From: Octopus vulgaris
Taxonomy: Eukaryota
Direction: 5' to 3'
DNA length: 64,000 nt
Assembly: GCA_951406725.2 (NCBI GenBank)
Contig: OX597831.1
Span: 56,606,001 to 56,670,000 of the forward strand
Shown piece after piece: positions 28,421-42,076 of this stretch; position 1 is the stretch's first letter, and the number at the start of each line of letters is the position of its first letter. Under the pieces are notes generated by a model. The model saw nothing but the letters and a program-made list of their open reading frames with translations, ran no database searches and was not told where the DNA came from. Both the position numbers and the translations under genes were made by a program.

Positions 28421-29155
28421 ATCTGTTTTTATGTTCTGAGTTCAAATTCCGCCAAGATTGACTTTGCCTTTCATTCTTTTGGGGTCGATAAAATGAGTAC
28501 CAGTTGAGCACTGGGGTCAATGTAATCAACTTATCCCCTCCCTCGAATTTGCTGGCCTTGTGCCAGAATTTGGAATGAAGGTCGCAAGGTCACAAATTTG
28601 GGGGAATGGATAGTCAATCATATCAATCACAGTACTTTATTGGTTCATTATTTAATCAAATCCAGAAAGATGGGAGACAAAATTGACATCAGCAATACTT
28701 AGAGTCAGAAGATAAAAGGATGCAACAAATATACCACAAAGCATTTTGTCTGCTGCTTTAGCATTCTGCCAATCCAGCCCCTTCTAATATCAACAATAAT
28801 GATGTCTGACATAAGCACAAGGCCACTCATTTGCAACCTCCAGTACATATTCTTTATATCAACCACAGTATTTGTTCTTTCGGTCTCTTTAGCTGAACTG
28901 CTAAGTTACAGGGATGTAAACAATCAGTAGTCAAGTGATGTGGTGGGGATAAACACAAACACACACACACACACATGTTCCCCCAAATTTGTGACCTTCA
29001 TTCCAAATTTTGGCTCAAGGCCAGCAAATTCGAGGGAGGGGATAAGTTGATTACATTGACCCCAGTGCTCAACTGGTACTCATTTTATCGACCCCAAAAG
29101 AATGAAAGGCAAAGTCAATCTCAGCAGAATTTCAACTCAGAACATAAAAACAGAT
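28421..29155. repeat. Local inverted duplication: 28421-28606 vs 28978-29155
   Basis: Near-identical reverse complement that includes copy-specific SINE variants and the junction sequence ggaatgaaggtc...acaaatttggggga. Confidence 0.88.
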
Positions 29156-30886
29156 GTGTGTGTGTAGTCTTTGATATACTATGTCTAAAAATATGTTGTT
29201 GAATAATAAAAGACATATTGAATAATGTAGTCTTTGATTACTCTTTCTAAAAATATGGCAGGATGTTCACAGCTGGAAGACCTGTTGAGGTCAATTATGA
29301 TTTTTCCAACAGGAAGTTACAATAAAAACTTCATTTAAGAATGCCATTTTATTAATGAAAGAAATGTTAAAAAGTTAAAAACAGCAGACTACACATACAC
29401 AGGTGTTCAGATACATATCTCTCCGTCTGCCCCCTGCCTCTTTATCTGTCTCTCTATGGCACACTCACACACACACACAAACACTGGCAAACCAGCGCAG
29501 GATTTACATACACACTCACAGACAAAAATACACATAAAGACATACACAAACAGTGATTCATATATGCAGACATATATCTACAGACATGCAGATGTACAAA
29601 CATGAAGACAAAAAAAAAGAGTCAAAACAAATCAATAAGTAAGCCAGGTAATCTATATAGATGAATTACTGGAAATATCTGTTAAAAGCTAGGTGTGAAG
29701 TTGGCTAACGTTATATAGTACAACTGTGCAATTGTATGTGAACACAGGGAAAGGGAGAGAGCAAGGAGAGATAGGAACGAAGAAAATATGGGGAATGGAG
29801 ATATGTGAAAAATAGAGGGAAAAGATAGGAGAGGATGGGAAAGAGATATAGATAAGGAGGGAAAGACAGACTGAGGAAAGTGAGAGAGATATAGATAAGG
29901 AGAGAGAGACAGATTGAGGAAAGTGAGGGGCACGGACAGAGTTGCAAGAGTTGGGTCTTTTCATTTTCTGCAAATATAAATATTTGTATATGGTTTGATT
30001 GGAGCCAAATGTTTTTTGAAAAGGTTACTCTTCCTACTGCTAAATATTCAATTGTATTTTCATCTAAGCAGATTGAACGAAGCAGATTAATCGATTTTCT
30101 CTGGTGGACACAAGATAATAGCTGCGACTAACTTTGAACTTGTATATTCTTTTCTTCAACAGTTTAGCATCATAACCCCATATACTACATTGAAGTTTGA
30201 ACTTGTTTTCAATGGTTTAGCACTGTAACCCCAGATACTACATCTTAATGACATATTATGGCTTGCTGATATAAAAGATAACATGTCTATAGTTATTAGT
30301 AAAACAAAGTTCACATCAGCAAGTCAAGAATTGTTGAAGATTCAATCAGTCTGCCTACACAGTTGATAGAGTACCAATACAATGTTAGTCATGTTTAAAT
30401 AACTCACTGTTTCAACCGGATTATTGGATGTTGTTTTACACCACTGGTCACAATGTGCTTCATTGCATTGTTGTAGCTTTTGAATGATGCCATTGCTGGT
30501 TAGGCAGGCAGGCCAACATTCCCCGTAACCATTTAGCATTTAAGCAGGCCATATCCAGCCTAAATATGCCTCCTGTTTTATGTTGAAATTGGCCAGATCT
30601 AACCTCTCACACCTACTCTAAAATGTCATTCTAAAAAGAGCATCATTGAAATCTCAAAGCTATGAGATAATACATGATTAATTAAAAACAGTATGAATAA
30701 AAAAGCTTTACATTTGGCAGAGTAATTTGAATACTAACAGGTTAAAGAGTGAACCAGAGCAACATTATATGTAGTGTTTTGCTCAAGAACACAATGCACC
30801 CCTGGTCTGCAAATCGAAACCATGAACTTGTGATTGCGAGTGCAACACCCTAACCACTAAACCACACACTTTCACATAAACAAATA

Positions 30887-31100
30887 CATGGACTTATATC
30901 CATTTGTATTTATTCTCAATGTAAAATTAGGCCCAAGAAGGCCTTTTTAGCAGTTTGGGCCATGTACTAAACCAGCTGGTCCCATTGTTAATTAACAATC
31001 CATCAGGACTTGCTTCTCTTTCCTCATCCCAATCTGTCAAAAGGGCCATTATGGGCCTAATTTTACAGCAAGGCTAAATACATATGAAAGTGAGTCTATG
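30887..31100. repeat. Imperfect fold-back inverted repeat
   Basis: tgtaaaattaggcccaagaaggcctttttagcagtttggg pairs with cccaatctgtcaaaagggccattatgggcctaattttaca, and pairing extends outward. Confidence 0.8.
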
Positions 31101-34100
31101 GATATATTTATATATTGAATATGCATCCATTACTGTCTAAGCTATGTCATCATTGATAACAATTACATAACTAGCTCAAAATGTAGAGTATTTTGTCCTC
31201 ATTTCTTCAGAATCCTGTTCACAATTTGGTTTGGTTTTGATCCAACAGAAGCTGAAATCTAAATGTTAAGATAAAAATCAATCTACTCTTTCAGTAGCTT
31301 TTTATAAACTTCCACTATCTTTATGTCAAATATATTCAGTGCTTTCACCCCAACTCTGCATCTCTTCTCTCTTAATCAATACAATAGGAAGAGCTACTTA
31401 ATAATACAAGCTTCAAATGAGAAAAAAAAAATACTTTCCTTATTCCTTTACTTAAAAAAAGTTTCATGGGTGGGCAGGAGGACACAGTCACAAAACTATC
31501 TAAAGTTTATGTTACATTACAGATAAACTCAAGATAATTTTTAACCAGTAAAGAAGAAAGTGGGGGTCTTCAAAGAAAACTTTAAATAAATTTAATTCAG
31601 TTTATTGCCTGTTTTCCATGCACAGGCATGTCTATGCTAAGAAGCATGCTTCCCAACAAAATGATTTTGAGTACAATCACATTGCATGGCACCTTCTTTT
31701 ATGGCCCAGGGCCAAATAAACCCTGGTGAGTGGATTTGGTAGACAGAAATTGAAAGAAGCCTAAGCACACACACACACACGTCTTTGTGTTTGTTCATCA
31801 CTCTCAAATGCTTGATAACTGGCGTTGGTTTGTTTACATACCCTTAACTTAGCAATTCAGCAAAAGAGAATGCTAGAATAAGTACCAGGCTTAAAAAACA
31901 AGCACTGGGGTTAATTTTTTCGATTAAACCCTTCAAGGCGGTACCCCAGCATTGCTGCAGTCCAATGACTGAAACGAGTAAGTAAAAGATAAGAAAGAGT
32001 ATAACAAAGAGCCATCAAACTTATGATGTCTTGAAATCTAGATTCAGTCATGTTGTTGTCCATAACTGATAATCTTTGATTGAAATAGGAAAATGTGAAA
32101 CTGGAACTTTAAGCATCTGCTGGTTTTATTTAGGTAATGGGCAGGTAACAAGAACATCTGTTCTAACAAAGGTGTTAATTATAGGAATTGAGTCTTCTAT
32201 TTCACAGGCAAAGGTTTAATTAGTTAGTTGTTATTGAGTTGATTTGCTTGCCTTTGCTTTATATACATACATATTAATTAATAGGACCAATTCACAGTGC
32301 CTCTTTTTTTTTAAGCTTCAATGTGTTTAAACCATGTATTGTTCTTTCTAAGTAGGAAGCTTCAAACAAACAGATGTCACCATTGTCACCAACACTATTA
32401 CTGTTTGAAATTCACTTTTCTAAGCTGGATTGGGTGAGATAGGTTTTCAAAGGGAGTACTTTACAACTGGATTGCTTTCCTGCTGCCAAGCCTCGTAGTT
32501 GCTTCTTGTGACATAGGGACATAATATACCTCTGATATAGAAATCAACCTGACTAGTTTCACCAGAGATCAGTTATTCATTTTTCTGACCAGAGGACTTA
32601 CCATTCACCTTGCAGTAATACTGCTTGCTTTCCACATTTAAACATTCCACAATTAAATGTCTCTACATCACAATCAGAAATCTAAGTGTCTTTCTACCCT
32701 GACAATGGAGGCTCGATTTACCCAATGTTTATTTGCTTCCATCACTGGCTGCATATTATGGTGAACTACATCTACCAACATTATGATGGATCTCCAAGCC
32801 CCAGAAACAGCTGTTGGACTTGTAAAGCCTTACCTCCTCCCTTTAATTTTTTCTGTCATTTGTACTCTGTGTAAGTTTGATCTATTCATATAATAATATC
32901 TCTCTTTTTTTTTTTTTTACTCTCTTTTACTTGTTTCAGTCATTTGACTGCAGCCATGCTGGAGCACTGCCTTTAGCCGAGCAAATTGACCCCCAGGACT
33001 TATTCTTTGTAAGCTTAGTACTTATTCTATCGGACTCTTTTGCTGAATCGCTAAGTTACAGGGACATAAACACCAGCATCAGTTGTCAAGTGATGTCGGG
33101 GGGACAAACACAGACACACAAACATATACACTGACACATACATATATATATATACGGGCTTATTTCAGTTTCCATCTACCAAATCCACTCACAAGGCTTT
33201 GGTCAGCCCAAGGCTATAGTAGAAGACACTTGCCCAAGGTGCCACGCAGTGGGAATGAACCTGTAACCATGTGGTTGGTAAGCAAGCTACTTACCACGCA
33301 GCTATTCCTGCGCCTATATATTTATCCTTAAATATTCATCATCTGAAAATTTTCAGTCTATGCTTTCTTTCTGTTTGCATATATATATATACACATGACA
33401 TGTGTCTTTCAGTTTCTTGCTACCAAATCCACTTACAGAGCTTTGGTCACCCTGAGCCTACAGCAGAAGCCCAAGGCACCACAGAGTAGGACTGAACCCA
33501 GAACCATGTGATTGGGAAGCAAACATACCACACAACCATGCCTATACCTATGAATACTAATTTTCAAAAGAAAAATATTTAGTACCTTTAAATAAAATTA
33601 GATGAAACAAATTACTCATTTATACTTTTGTGATAAATATATGCCATTGTTTTCTAAATTTTATCAACATCATCACAATCTACTCCATCATAAATCTATT
33701 TCTGCAAAATTTCATCTCCTCCTCTGCCGCAGTAATTTTTTTCATTCTTACTACATGTGCCACCAAGCTGAGCACATGCACTCATCCTGTACCTCCTACG
33801 TTGGCACTCTCTCTATCTCTTTTACTATGTCCCCATCTCTCTAGATAATGCAAACAATGACATGAGAAATCAACCAACCAACATTTATATCAGCTATTAT
33901 TAAGTAGAGACATATATGTATGCATGTACATACATGCAAGTACATGCACACACAGTGGCATCACTTAGTTTAATGACAACATTATGCTGATAATTATTTC
34001 ATTTACATATTCGCTTATGAATCAAGCTATATATAAATAACAAAAAAAAAACAATTATGAAATCTTTTAAATAATATAAGTTTAAATATGAAAATTTTAA

Positions 34101-34719
34101 TTACAATTATGCAATTATTGACAGCATTAAGAAAAAAAAATCACAAATGAATTTCACTTAATTTAAGAACATTTAAAAAAAAAAAAAATTAAAGTATTTT
34201 AATATTCGATATTATACTATTTAATTAAAATAAATGCAAGGCTGAAACACCTACAGAGCTGTTTCACTGCCTGATCAGACACGGACCCCTGCTTTCAGAG
34301 ATGGGGTACAATAGCAACTTCAGCACACAAATATTACCCTAAATATTGGTTTCAAATTTTGGCACAAGGCCAGCAATTATGGGAAGGGGGTAAGTCGATT
34401 CCATTGACCCCAGTGCTCAACTGGTACTTATTTCCTCAACCCAGAAAGGATGAAAGGTAAAATCGACCCAAGTGGAATTTGAACTCAGAACATAAAGACG
34501 GATCAAATGCTGCTTAGCATTTTGCTTGGTGTGCTCACCATTTTGCCAGTTTGCTGCCTTCTTTATGCTAAAAATTAATAACTGTTTGATTGTATCATCC
34601 TAAGATGGATGTAAAAGCTTGTCATCAAAGACATGATTGAGTGATAACCAACTGCATAAGCTCAAATGGACTTTTTGAGCCAGGATGCTTAGTAACTTGT
34701 TCACTATGCAGTGGACATT

Positions 34720-34876
34720 TTAAATGAAACTGGAGGCTATTCTGGCACTCCTTCAATAAAATAACAAAAAGGAAAAAAAAACAACTGTTACTGTTAAATG
34801 AAACTGGAGGCAATTCTGGCACTCCTTCAATAAAATAAAATAACAAAAAGGAAAAAAAAATACAACTGTTACTGTT
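34720..34876. repeat. Tandem duplication (~75-80 bp x2)
   Basis: ttaaatgaaactggaggc.attctggcactccttcaataaaataa...caactgttactgtt occurs twice. Confidence 0.85.
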
Positions 34877-36086
34877 TGTAGGTAAAAACAGCAAAGTGAC
34901 CACTTTTGGTAATTTGAATGAAGTTTAGAAATATCACATATATGATTATATGGCCAAAACATGGGTTGAAATTCTTAGTAATATGATTGTCAAACCTGTA
35001 AATTCAATGTTTCATTAATGTGATTCTGTTTAAAAGACACTGAGTACCTAGCCAAATATTAGTTCCATATGATTTATATTCTTTACAATTTTTCATTGTC
35101 ATCTGGTCGAGCTTGCTATAGTATTTATTTATTGACAGCAAACCACAGCATACACAGATCATAATTGGGACCCTAGACGCATGAGGGCTCTGGACAACTT
35201 CTCAGTGTGACCTTGCCTTATGGTGGCACTGTCCTTAAGTATTTGTAACTTTCATCTTCTGTTGGAGACACTGATGGCTATGTTGCTATATTGGCTTGTT
35301 GTTTTTCCTCATTACACAATCAGGTAAGATTATCATTATACAATCAGGTAAGAAATTTCATCCTTATCTTATGAGAATGTTGTAACCAATTTGGTTTCTT
35401 GGAGTGGTTGGTGTTAGAAAAGGCATCCAGCTATAGAAACCATGCAAAATCAGACTGGAATCTGGTGCAGCTATCCGGCTTACCAGTTCCAGTCAAACCT
35501 TTTAACCCATGCCAGCATCGAAAGTGGATGTTAAAAGATGATGATGAATGCATGCATACATGTTTGTATGTGTGTGTATGTTTGTGTGTATCATTTGCCA
35601 ATGTATGTAAACAAAGATTATAAGTACCAGTGGAAAAAAAAAAAAAATTACCACTTTACAGACAAAGTCCTTTGACATATTTGTTCTGCATCAACTTATA
35701 AAATCCCTTATCACTCTCACTGTTAGAAATGCAGTGACCTACTAATTGTCCCTTTGGAAACCTGTAACCAACGAGGCTATATGGTATAATTTTTTTTAAA
35801 ATAAATAAGTTTGCACCAAAGATCCAAAATAGTTATATAATGAAGAAAGGGCAGCAATATCTCAATGACTAATATTTTAAGTATGGGAAACAACAATATT
35901 TTGGTAAGTATGGGAAACAACTCTGGACATGTTTCCATATCATTAAACCTCCTCAGTAAAGCATAGATTTCACTGTACTTGTCAAAGTAGTGATAAGACA
36001 ATCAGTACTTAGCATAAATATAAATTAGAGACAAATCAACAATGGAAGATAGAGGAGAGGTCTTTAGAATATTGATTTTAATAATG

Positions 36087-36156
<70 letters not shown>

Positions 36157-36181
36157 AAGTGAGAAAGATAGATAGATAGAA

Positions 36182-36212
<31 letters not shown>

Positions 36213-39050
36213 AAGAGAGAGACTAATTGTATGAAGGAGAAAGGCAGACACACATCGGCTATAGCAGTTAATGAAAGAGTGGAAGAGACCATCAGCTGTA
36301 GACGTCTAAATATAGACCAGAGATATACCAATGAAAAGAAGAAGAGAACATCAGCTACAAGAATCTAAATATAGATTGAAAGTTGAAAGACATACAAAAG
36401 AGATATGATAATGATGCCAGGTGTCAAAAGGGATGGATTTAAGAAAGTTAGCTGTTAGATGCAGAGTTTAACTCCATCTAGTCTGGTTGTAATTTCAATT
36501 TCAAACCTGTAGAATTGTCTTCTTTCCACTAATAATTTTAAAAATTACAACAAACATATTCCAGGTTTCATTCATCTTCTCCACCTTACTCCACCTGAAT
36601 CAATCATGATTGAAGAGATCTATATTCAGAGATGATCTGTCCATGGTTATTCTACTTTTTTTTTTTTTGCATGCTTCTAACACTGCCCAGTATGTGCTTC
36701 CATTTTTAAGGTGGTAGAGTGTGACTGAGAGAAAAATGGCTGTTATTTCTAGCAGGTTCTGTAACTACACAGAGCATCCCTAGTTGGCTTGATATATACT
36801 GTAGTAAATCTTCAAAGAAAAATAATAACTTGAATTATTTGCATTTTGGAGGTGAGAAAAAAAAAAAAAAAAAAAGAGAATTATGCATTATAGAAATTAA
36901 ATATATTTTTTTTAAAATAATTCAGATGAAATAATTGATAAAATTCTGAACAACTTCTTGATTTGATTTAATCATATTAAAAGAAATGGTTCTATACCAA
37001 ATATTTCAGTGATACTAAAGTTATTATCGACACCTCAGATTGGAATGAGGAAGGGAAGGAAGACTTCAGGTGAAATATATGTAGTAATATGTATTAATAT
37101 CTATTGTGATAAAGCACATTCTTGTAATTCACGAACTGACAAAGTAAAAATAGAAATCAGATTTATTATGATAAACCAGGAGACAGAATTAAAGAGTTAG
37201 CAGGGAAGGAGATAGATAGATGTTTAGAGAGAGAGAGAGAGGAGGAGGAGGAGAGGGAGAAAAAGAATAGCAGAAATGAGGTAACAAGTCTATTAATAGT
37301 GGTAGGAGGAATTTGCCAAATCTTAATATTATTTGCCATTAGGAAAGAAATATAACTAAGTAAAGAGATGGCATAAATCCAAAATGTAGACAATGTGATT
37401 TCCATTTTAAGTGAATCAGAAGATGATATTCTATGATTATTGAGATTATTTAATTAGCACCTGGATGATTTTCTAAAAATTTAGATATCACAAATCTGTT
37501 AATTTGCTCTCAGAATTTGAGAATTTTTGGATATAAAACAGTTTGGACAGTGATCATAAACGTGAAAAAAAATTTAGAAGATCCTCTAACCTGTTATAAT
37601 TATCACAATAGCCAGGCTAAACATTCCAATAAGATCTATTTATTTATGCATTATCATCATTTTTATTATTTAAGGCAGTGAGCTGGTAGAATCATTGGCA
37701 AGTCAAACGAAATGCTTAGTGGCACTTCTGGTTCTTTATGTACTGAGGTCACATTCCACCAAAATCAACTTTGCCTTCAAATCCTTACAGGTTTGATAAA
37801 AGGGTAACAGTTGAACACTGGGGTTAGTGTAATTGACTTACCCCTACAGTTCAAATTGCTGGCCTTGAGTCAATGAAATAAGTACTAAGGTGGTGAGCTT
37901 GCAGAATTGTTAGCACACCAGGCAAAATGGTTAGCAGCAGTTTGTCCATTTTTACATTCTGGGTTCAAATTCTGCTGAGGTTAGCTTTGCTTTTCATCCT
38001 TAGGGTCAATAAAATAAGTACCAGTTGAATCCACACTTCTATAATTCCTGGCCATGTACCAAAATTTGAAACCAATAGAATTATTACTGGGAGAGAGTTT
38101 GTCCACCCCACCACCATTGCTTGACAACTGATGTTGGTGTGTTTATGTCCCCTTAACTTGGCAGTTCGGCAAAAATAATAAGTCCTGGGGTCGATTTGTT
38201 TGACTAAAGGCGGTGCTCCAGCATGACCGCAGTCAAGTGACTAAAACAAATAAAAGAATAAAATAAAAATACAACTAGCATAACTTAACAGCATTCTTTA
38301 TATAACAACACCAACAACCTTTTAAATCAGCTGTAGCTACTATCATTACTAAATATCAAAAATCACGGAGTGGTTGGCATTAGGAAGGGCATCCAGCTGT
38401 AGAAACACTGCCAGATCAGACTGGAGCCTGGTGCAGTCTCCTGGCTTCCCAGACTCCAGTTGAACCGTCCAATCCATGCCAGCAAGGAAAACGGACGTTA
38501 AACAATGATGATGATGATGATGATGATGATAGGTTCTGTTTAACAAGTTAAAAAAAAAAAGTTCAAACAAAATATTTTAAAGAACTTAATAACACATGTT
38601 GCAAGTTCAGATTACTCAAGCAATGAGTCATATTCAAATTCATTTTGAACATTATAAATTCCCTGCTGTGAAACCAAATCTAGAAACAAAACTCAGTTAT
38701 TGTAAACATGTCCCTGGTACCCTCTGAAGAAATTCTAAGAAAGTGAAACTCATTCACTCCTACTTCCTATGCCAATCACGTGAGAGTAGCAGCTGCTGCA
38801 TTAAAGTGGTTAAAGTGTCTAACTAGAATTCCACTTCAGTACTAGTACAAATATTAGTTGCACCACCCATATAGGATTGAATTTCTATTTATTTATTTTT
38901 TTTTTTTTGCAAACCATTAAAAAAGAAAAAGTGAACCATTTCCTGGTTTTTAAAGATTGTAACTGCCCCCATCCAATATATTAGTATTTGCCAACAGTAA
39001 CTATACATACACAGACACACGCCCACACATTAAATATTTAGAAAAAGCTG

Positions 39051-39100
39051 CAGAGTGACTCAAAGTTCAAGAGTTTCGTGTGTTAGCAATTATCAAAGTA
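39051..39100 (-). ncRNA. Degenerate hammerhead-like motif (same family as both arms of 53765-53895)
   Basis: Minus strand UUGAUAA-uugc(uaac)acac-GAAA-CUC(uugaacuuu)GAGU-C-acucug. Stem II is damaged and the 5' strand of stem I is not evident. Confidence 0.4.
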
Positions 39101-39125
39101 GTTACAGGTTGAAGGGCTATATATA

Positions 39126-39660
39126 CAGAGTGTCCCAGGGTTTCAATTTTTAATAACTTCCTTAACTTTACAAATAAATGCATGCAATTTTGATACAATA
39201 TAAAGGACATAATGGAAATTAATATGCACAAGTCACTACATCACATATGAAAAATGACATCGCTTAAATGGCAGCCATTTTTGGCTTCGCATGCCCATGC
39301 TCTTTCCAAAACTTGCACCATATTTCAAATGGCGGTGCCCCAGCATGGCCACAGCTCGTGAGCTGAAACTAGAATCAATCAATCATAACATTCTCAAGAG
39401 TTTCAGACCCCTGTTCTCTGATCTCTACTGATGTTTGCATTCAGCAGCACCAGGGTCTGTGGTTTGCTGATGTAAACTCTCTCTTTCAGGTGTCCCCACA
39501 AGAAAAAATCCAGGCTAGTCAAGTCTAGGGAATGTGAAGGTCAGTTGACATTGCCATAGCAGGGGATAATTCTCTCTCCAAAGCACTGCGGTAGCAACTG
39601 CATTGTTTCTCTTGCAGTATGAGCAGTTGTCTCATCATGTGTGAAATCTACTTTGAATGG
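39126..39660 (-). mobile_element. 3' part of a DD41D (rosa-like) Tc1/mariner element with a SINE-tail insertion (~39331-39385)
   Basis: TA|cagagtgtccca terminus. Peptide remnants HDETTAHTARETMQLL...GNVN*PSHSLDLTSLDFFLWGHLKERVY (about 41 residues between the 2nd and 3rd D, allowing for a frameshift) and C-terminal ACEAKNGCHLSDVIFHM*. Confidence 0.8.
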
Positions 39661-40444
39661 CCGGGCACAAAAAGATCTCAATCATGGATATCTGAAAGAG
39701 AAGGTTTACGTCAACAAACTGGAGTTCCTAGTATAACTGGAGTACAACCACAGACTTACAATATAGAAAGAATGATGAACTATAACCTCGGATCCTGCCA
39801 CAAGAATACACAGAGTTCTTTACTAATCTAAACAATATTCTTAGTCTCGTGTACTAACAGAGAGCTTACAAAGCATTTTGCCCAGATTGATATGATGTAT
39901 GAATGTTCAGCAAGAAGACAAGAAAAAGAAATCTAGCTAGATAGACAATCAACCAACACACTCACATTACTATTATTACCATTCACCCATGTTTACAATT
40001 CACTCATTTTACCTGGTGACTCCTCATGTGAGTTCTCAGGCAACCAAAAGCAATATGGCTATGAGAATAAGCATGGCTTATTAAACCAGCATGTGATCTC
40101 ACTGAAGAATCGCAATGTGGACGATGGTGGTTTGTGGGCGGGCTGTTGTTCTGTTGGTTTCTTTCCCTGTTTTCCCGTAACTGCTCTTGAATGTTGTACC
40201 TTTTGGGTTTGGGAATTTTGAAGCTGGAAAAAAAGCACTCTCTCCTTCACTCTGCACAGTTTCTTGCTAGATTCTCAAAGTTTTCTTTCCAAATACTAAT
40301 TTTTATATATATATATATATACATATACACACATATATGTGTATGTATGTACATATTATATATATATATATACAAGATAAGAAAATGGAGAAATACATCT
40401 ATATATATATGTGTGTGTATGTATGTATATATGCATGTATATAT

Positions 40445-40631
40445 ATACACATACATACACAAATGTATATATATATATACACAAATGTATACATACATAC
40501 ATACACAAATGTATATATACATACATACACAAATGTATATATACATACATACACAAATGTATATATACATACATACACAAATGTATATATACATACATAC
40601 ACAAATGTATATATACATACATACACAAATG

Positions 40632-40640
<9 letters not shown>
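40445..40640. repeat. 24-bp minisatellite (acatacatacacaaatgtatatat) ~8 copies within low-complexity DNA
   Basis: Unit is directly visible and produces the YIHTQMYI repeats in the ORF track. Confidence 0.9.
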
Positions 40641-40662
<22 letters not shown>

Positions 40663-42024
40663 ACACACATATATCCATATATGCATAAGCACATACAAAC
40701 ATACATACATACATGTAAATACATATACATGCACACATATACATACACACACACATTCACATTATACATACATTTATACTCTATATAAGAGAGAAAGTAT
40801 CAGAGTTTGTAGAAAAACAAAGGAAGAAAACAAAATTACTATGAAAAAATATTTGTGGTGTAATAACAATGAAGTAAATATTGTTATGGCTGACTTCAAT
40901 TAACATTTTTCCTTGAAAAAATAAAAAAATAAATAAATATAGTAACTCCCAAAGCTCAATTGTATTTTTACAATGACTTATTGTAAAGTCAACAATGTAT
41001 TAACAATTTTCATGACAATGGTTAGTCTTTTATATTAAAATAGTAATGTGGTTGGTAAAGCAGTTGAGGCTCATTTCTCAAATTGAATTTAAGTATTATA
41101 AAAAATATTTAGATATATTGTACTTTTACCAACATCAGAACAATACTAGGATCATTGCTTGACAAAATCTCAAACTAGGTGCAGGTATGGCTGTGTGGAT
41201 GAGAAGATTACTTCCAAACTTTGTGGTTTGGGGTTCAGTCTCACTGTGTGGCACCTTGGGCAAGTGTCTTCTTTAGCTCTGGACTGACCAAAACTTTGCG
41301 AGTGGATTTAGTAGATGGAAACTGAAAGAAGCCTGCCGTATAAATGTGTGTGTGTTTTCCCTCTTCAACACTTGATAACTGGTAATGTCTTGTTAACATC
41401 CCTGTAAGCTAGCAAAAGAGACTGATAGAATAAGTAACAGGTTTTATAAAAGTAAAAAAAAAACAGTATTGGAGTCTATTTGTTCCACTAAAATCACCAA
41501 GGTAGTGCCACAGCGTGGCCACAACCCAATGACTGAAACAAGTAAAAGATAAATTGAAGCAACAAGGGAATCATATTAATGGCTAAAAAAGGGAAACATT
41601 TAAGCAAATAAAAAAAATATTGGGGTATTTCATTGGGCAGATATCATAATAGTACCATTAAGTAGTCAAACAAGTAAGTGTTTATCCACACACCATGACT
41701 GGAGTGTGGATTGACTTGGATTTCCAGTTAGATAAATAAAAAGAACACAATGAAATATTCTTAACAATGCCCTTTCTATATGAGTCATGAATTCATCAGC
41801 TCTTGCCACTAACACCTTTGTATAAAGTTGAAAGAATGGACATGCAGGCTTATATCCATGGGATATATTGATTCAAGCCCTGCTTATATAAAACCAGTAA
41901 TTCCCAAACTTTCCTCTAGTAGCTTATTCATTCTTTTGAGAAGTTAAGGTGAAGCCACAAAGAAATAAAAAAAAAAGACAAAATTTATTCATAATCAATT
42001 ATTGAATAAATATAAATTTATATG

Positions 42025-42076
<52 letters not shown>

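Larger units (their letters stand above)
19207..38075. mobile_element. Dispersed ~210-bp tRNA-derived SINE family with Meta-domain-like core (span of copies, not one element)
   Basis: Consensus ggcggtgagctggcagaatc...gagttcaaattc...gactttgcctttcatcctttcggggtcgataaaataagtaccag...(ATT)n. Approximate copies: 19207+, 20821+, 21045+, 22900-, 23118-, 26700-, 27330-, 27575-, 28365+, 34345-, 37673+, 37888+. Confidence 0.85.

Noticed and set aside
29682-29973. L/S/F/P-rich ORFs (also 36002-36331)
   Set aside because: GA-rich low-complexity and tandem sequence.
38716-38795. CTGAAGA...GAAACTC...GAGTA hammerhead-like pattern
   Set aside because: Stem II is poor and there is no stem I pairing; compatible with chance.
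40191-40903. Long overlapping ORFs (up to 188 aa) rich in Y/I/H/T/C/V; similar sets at 41995-42392, 52598-53563 and 54063-54391
   Set aside because: Translations of (TA/CA/TG)n micro- and minisatellites that lack stop codons; not genes.
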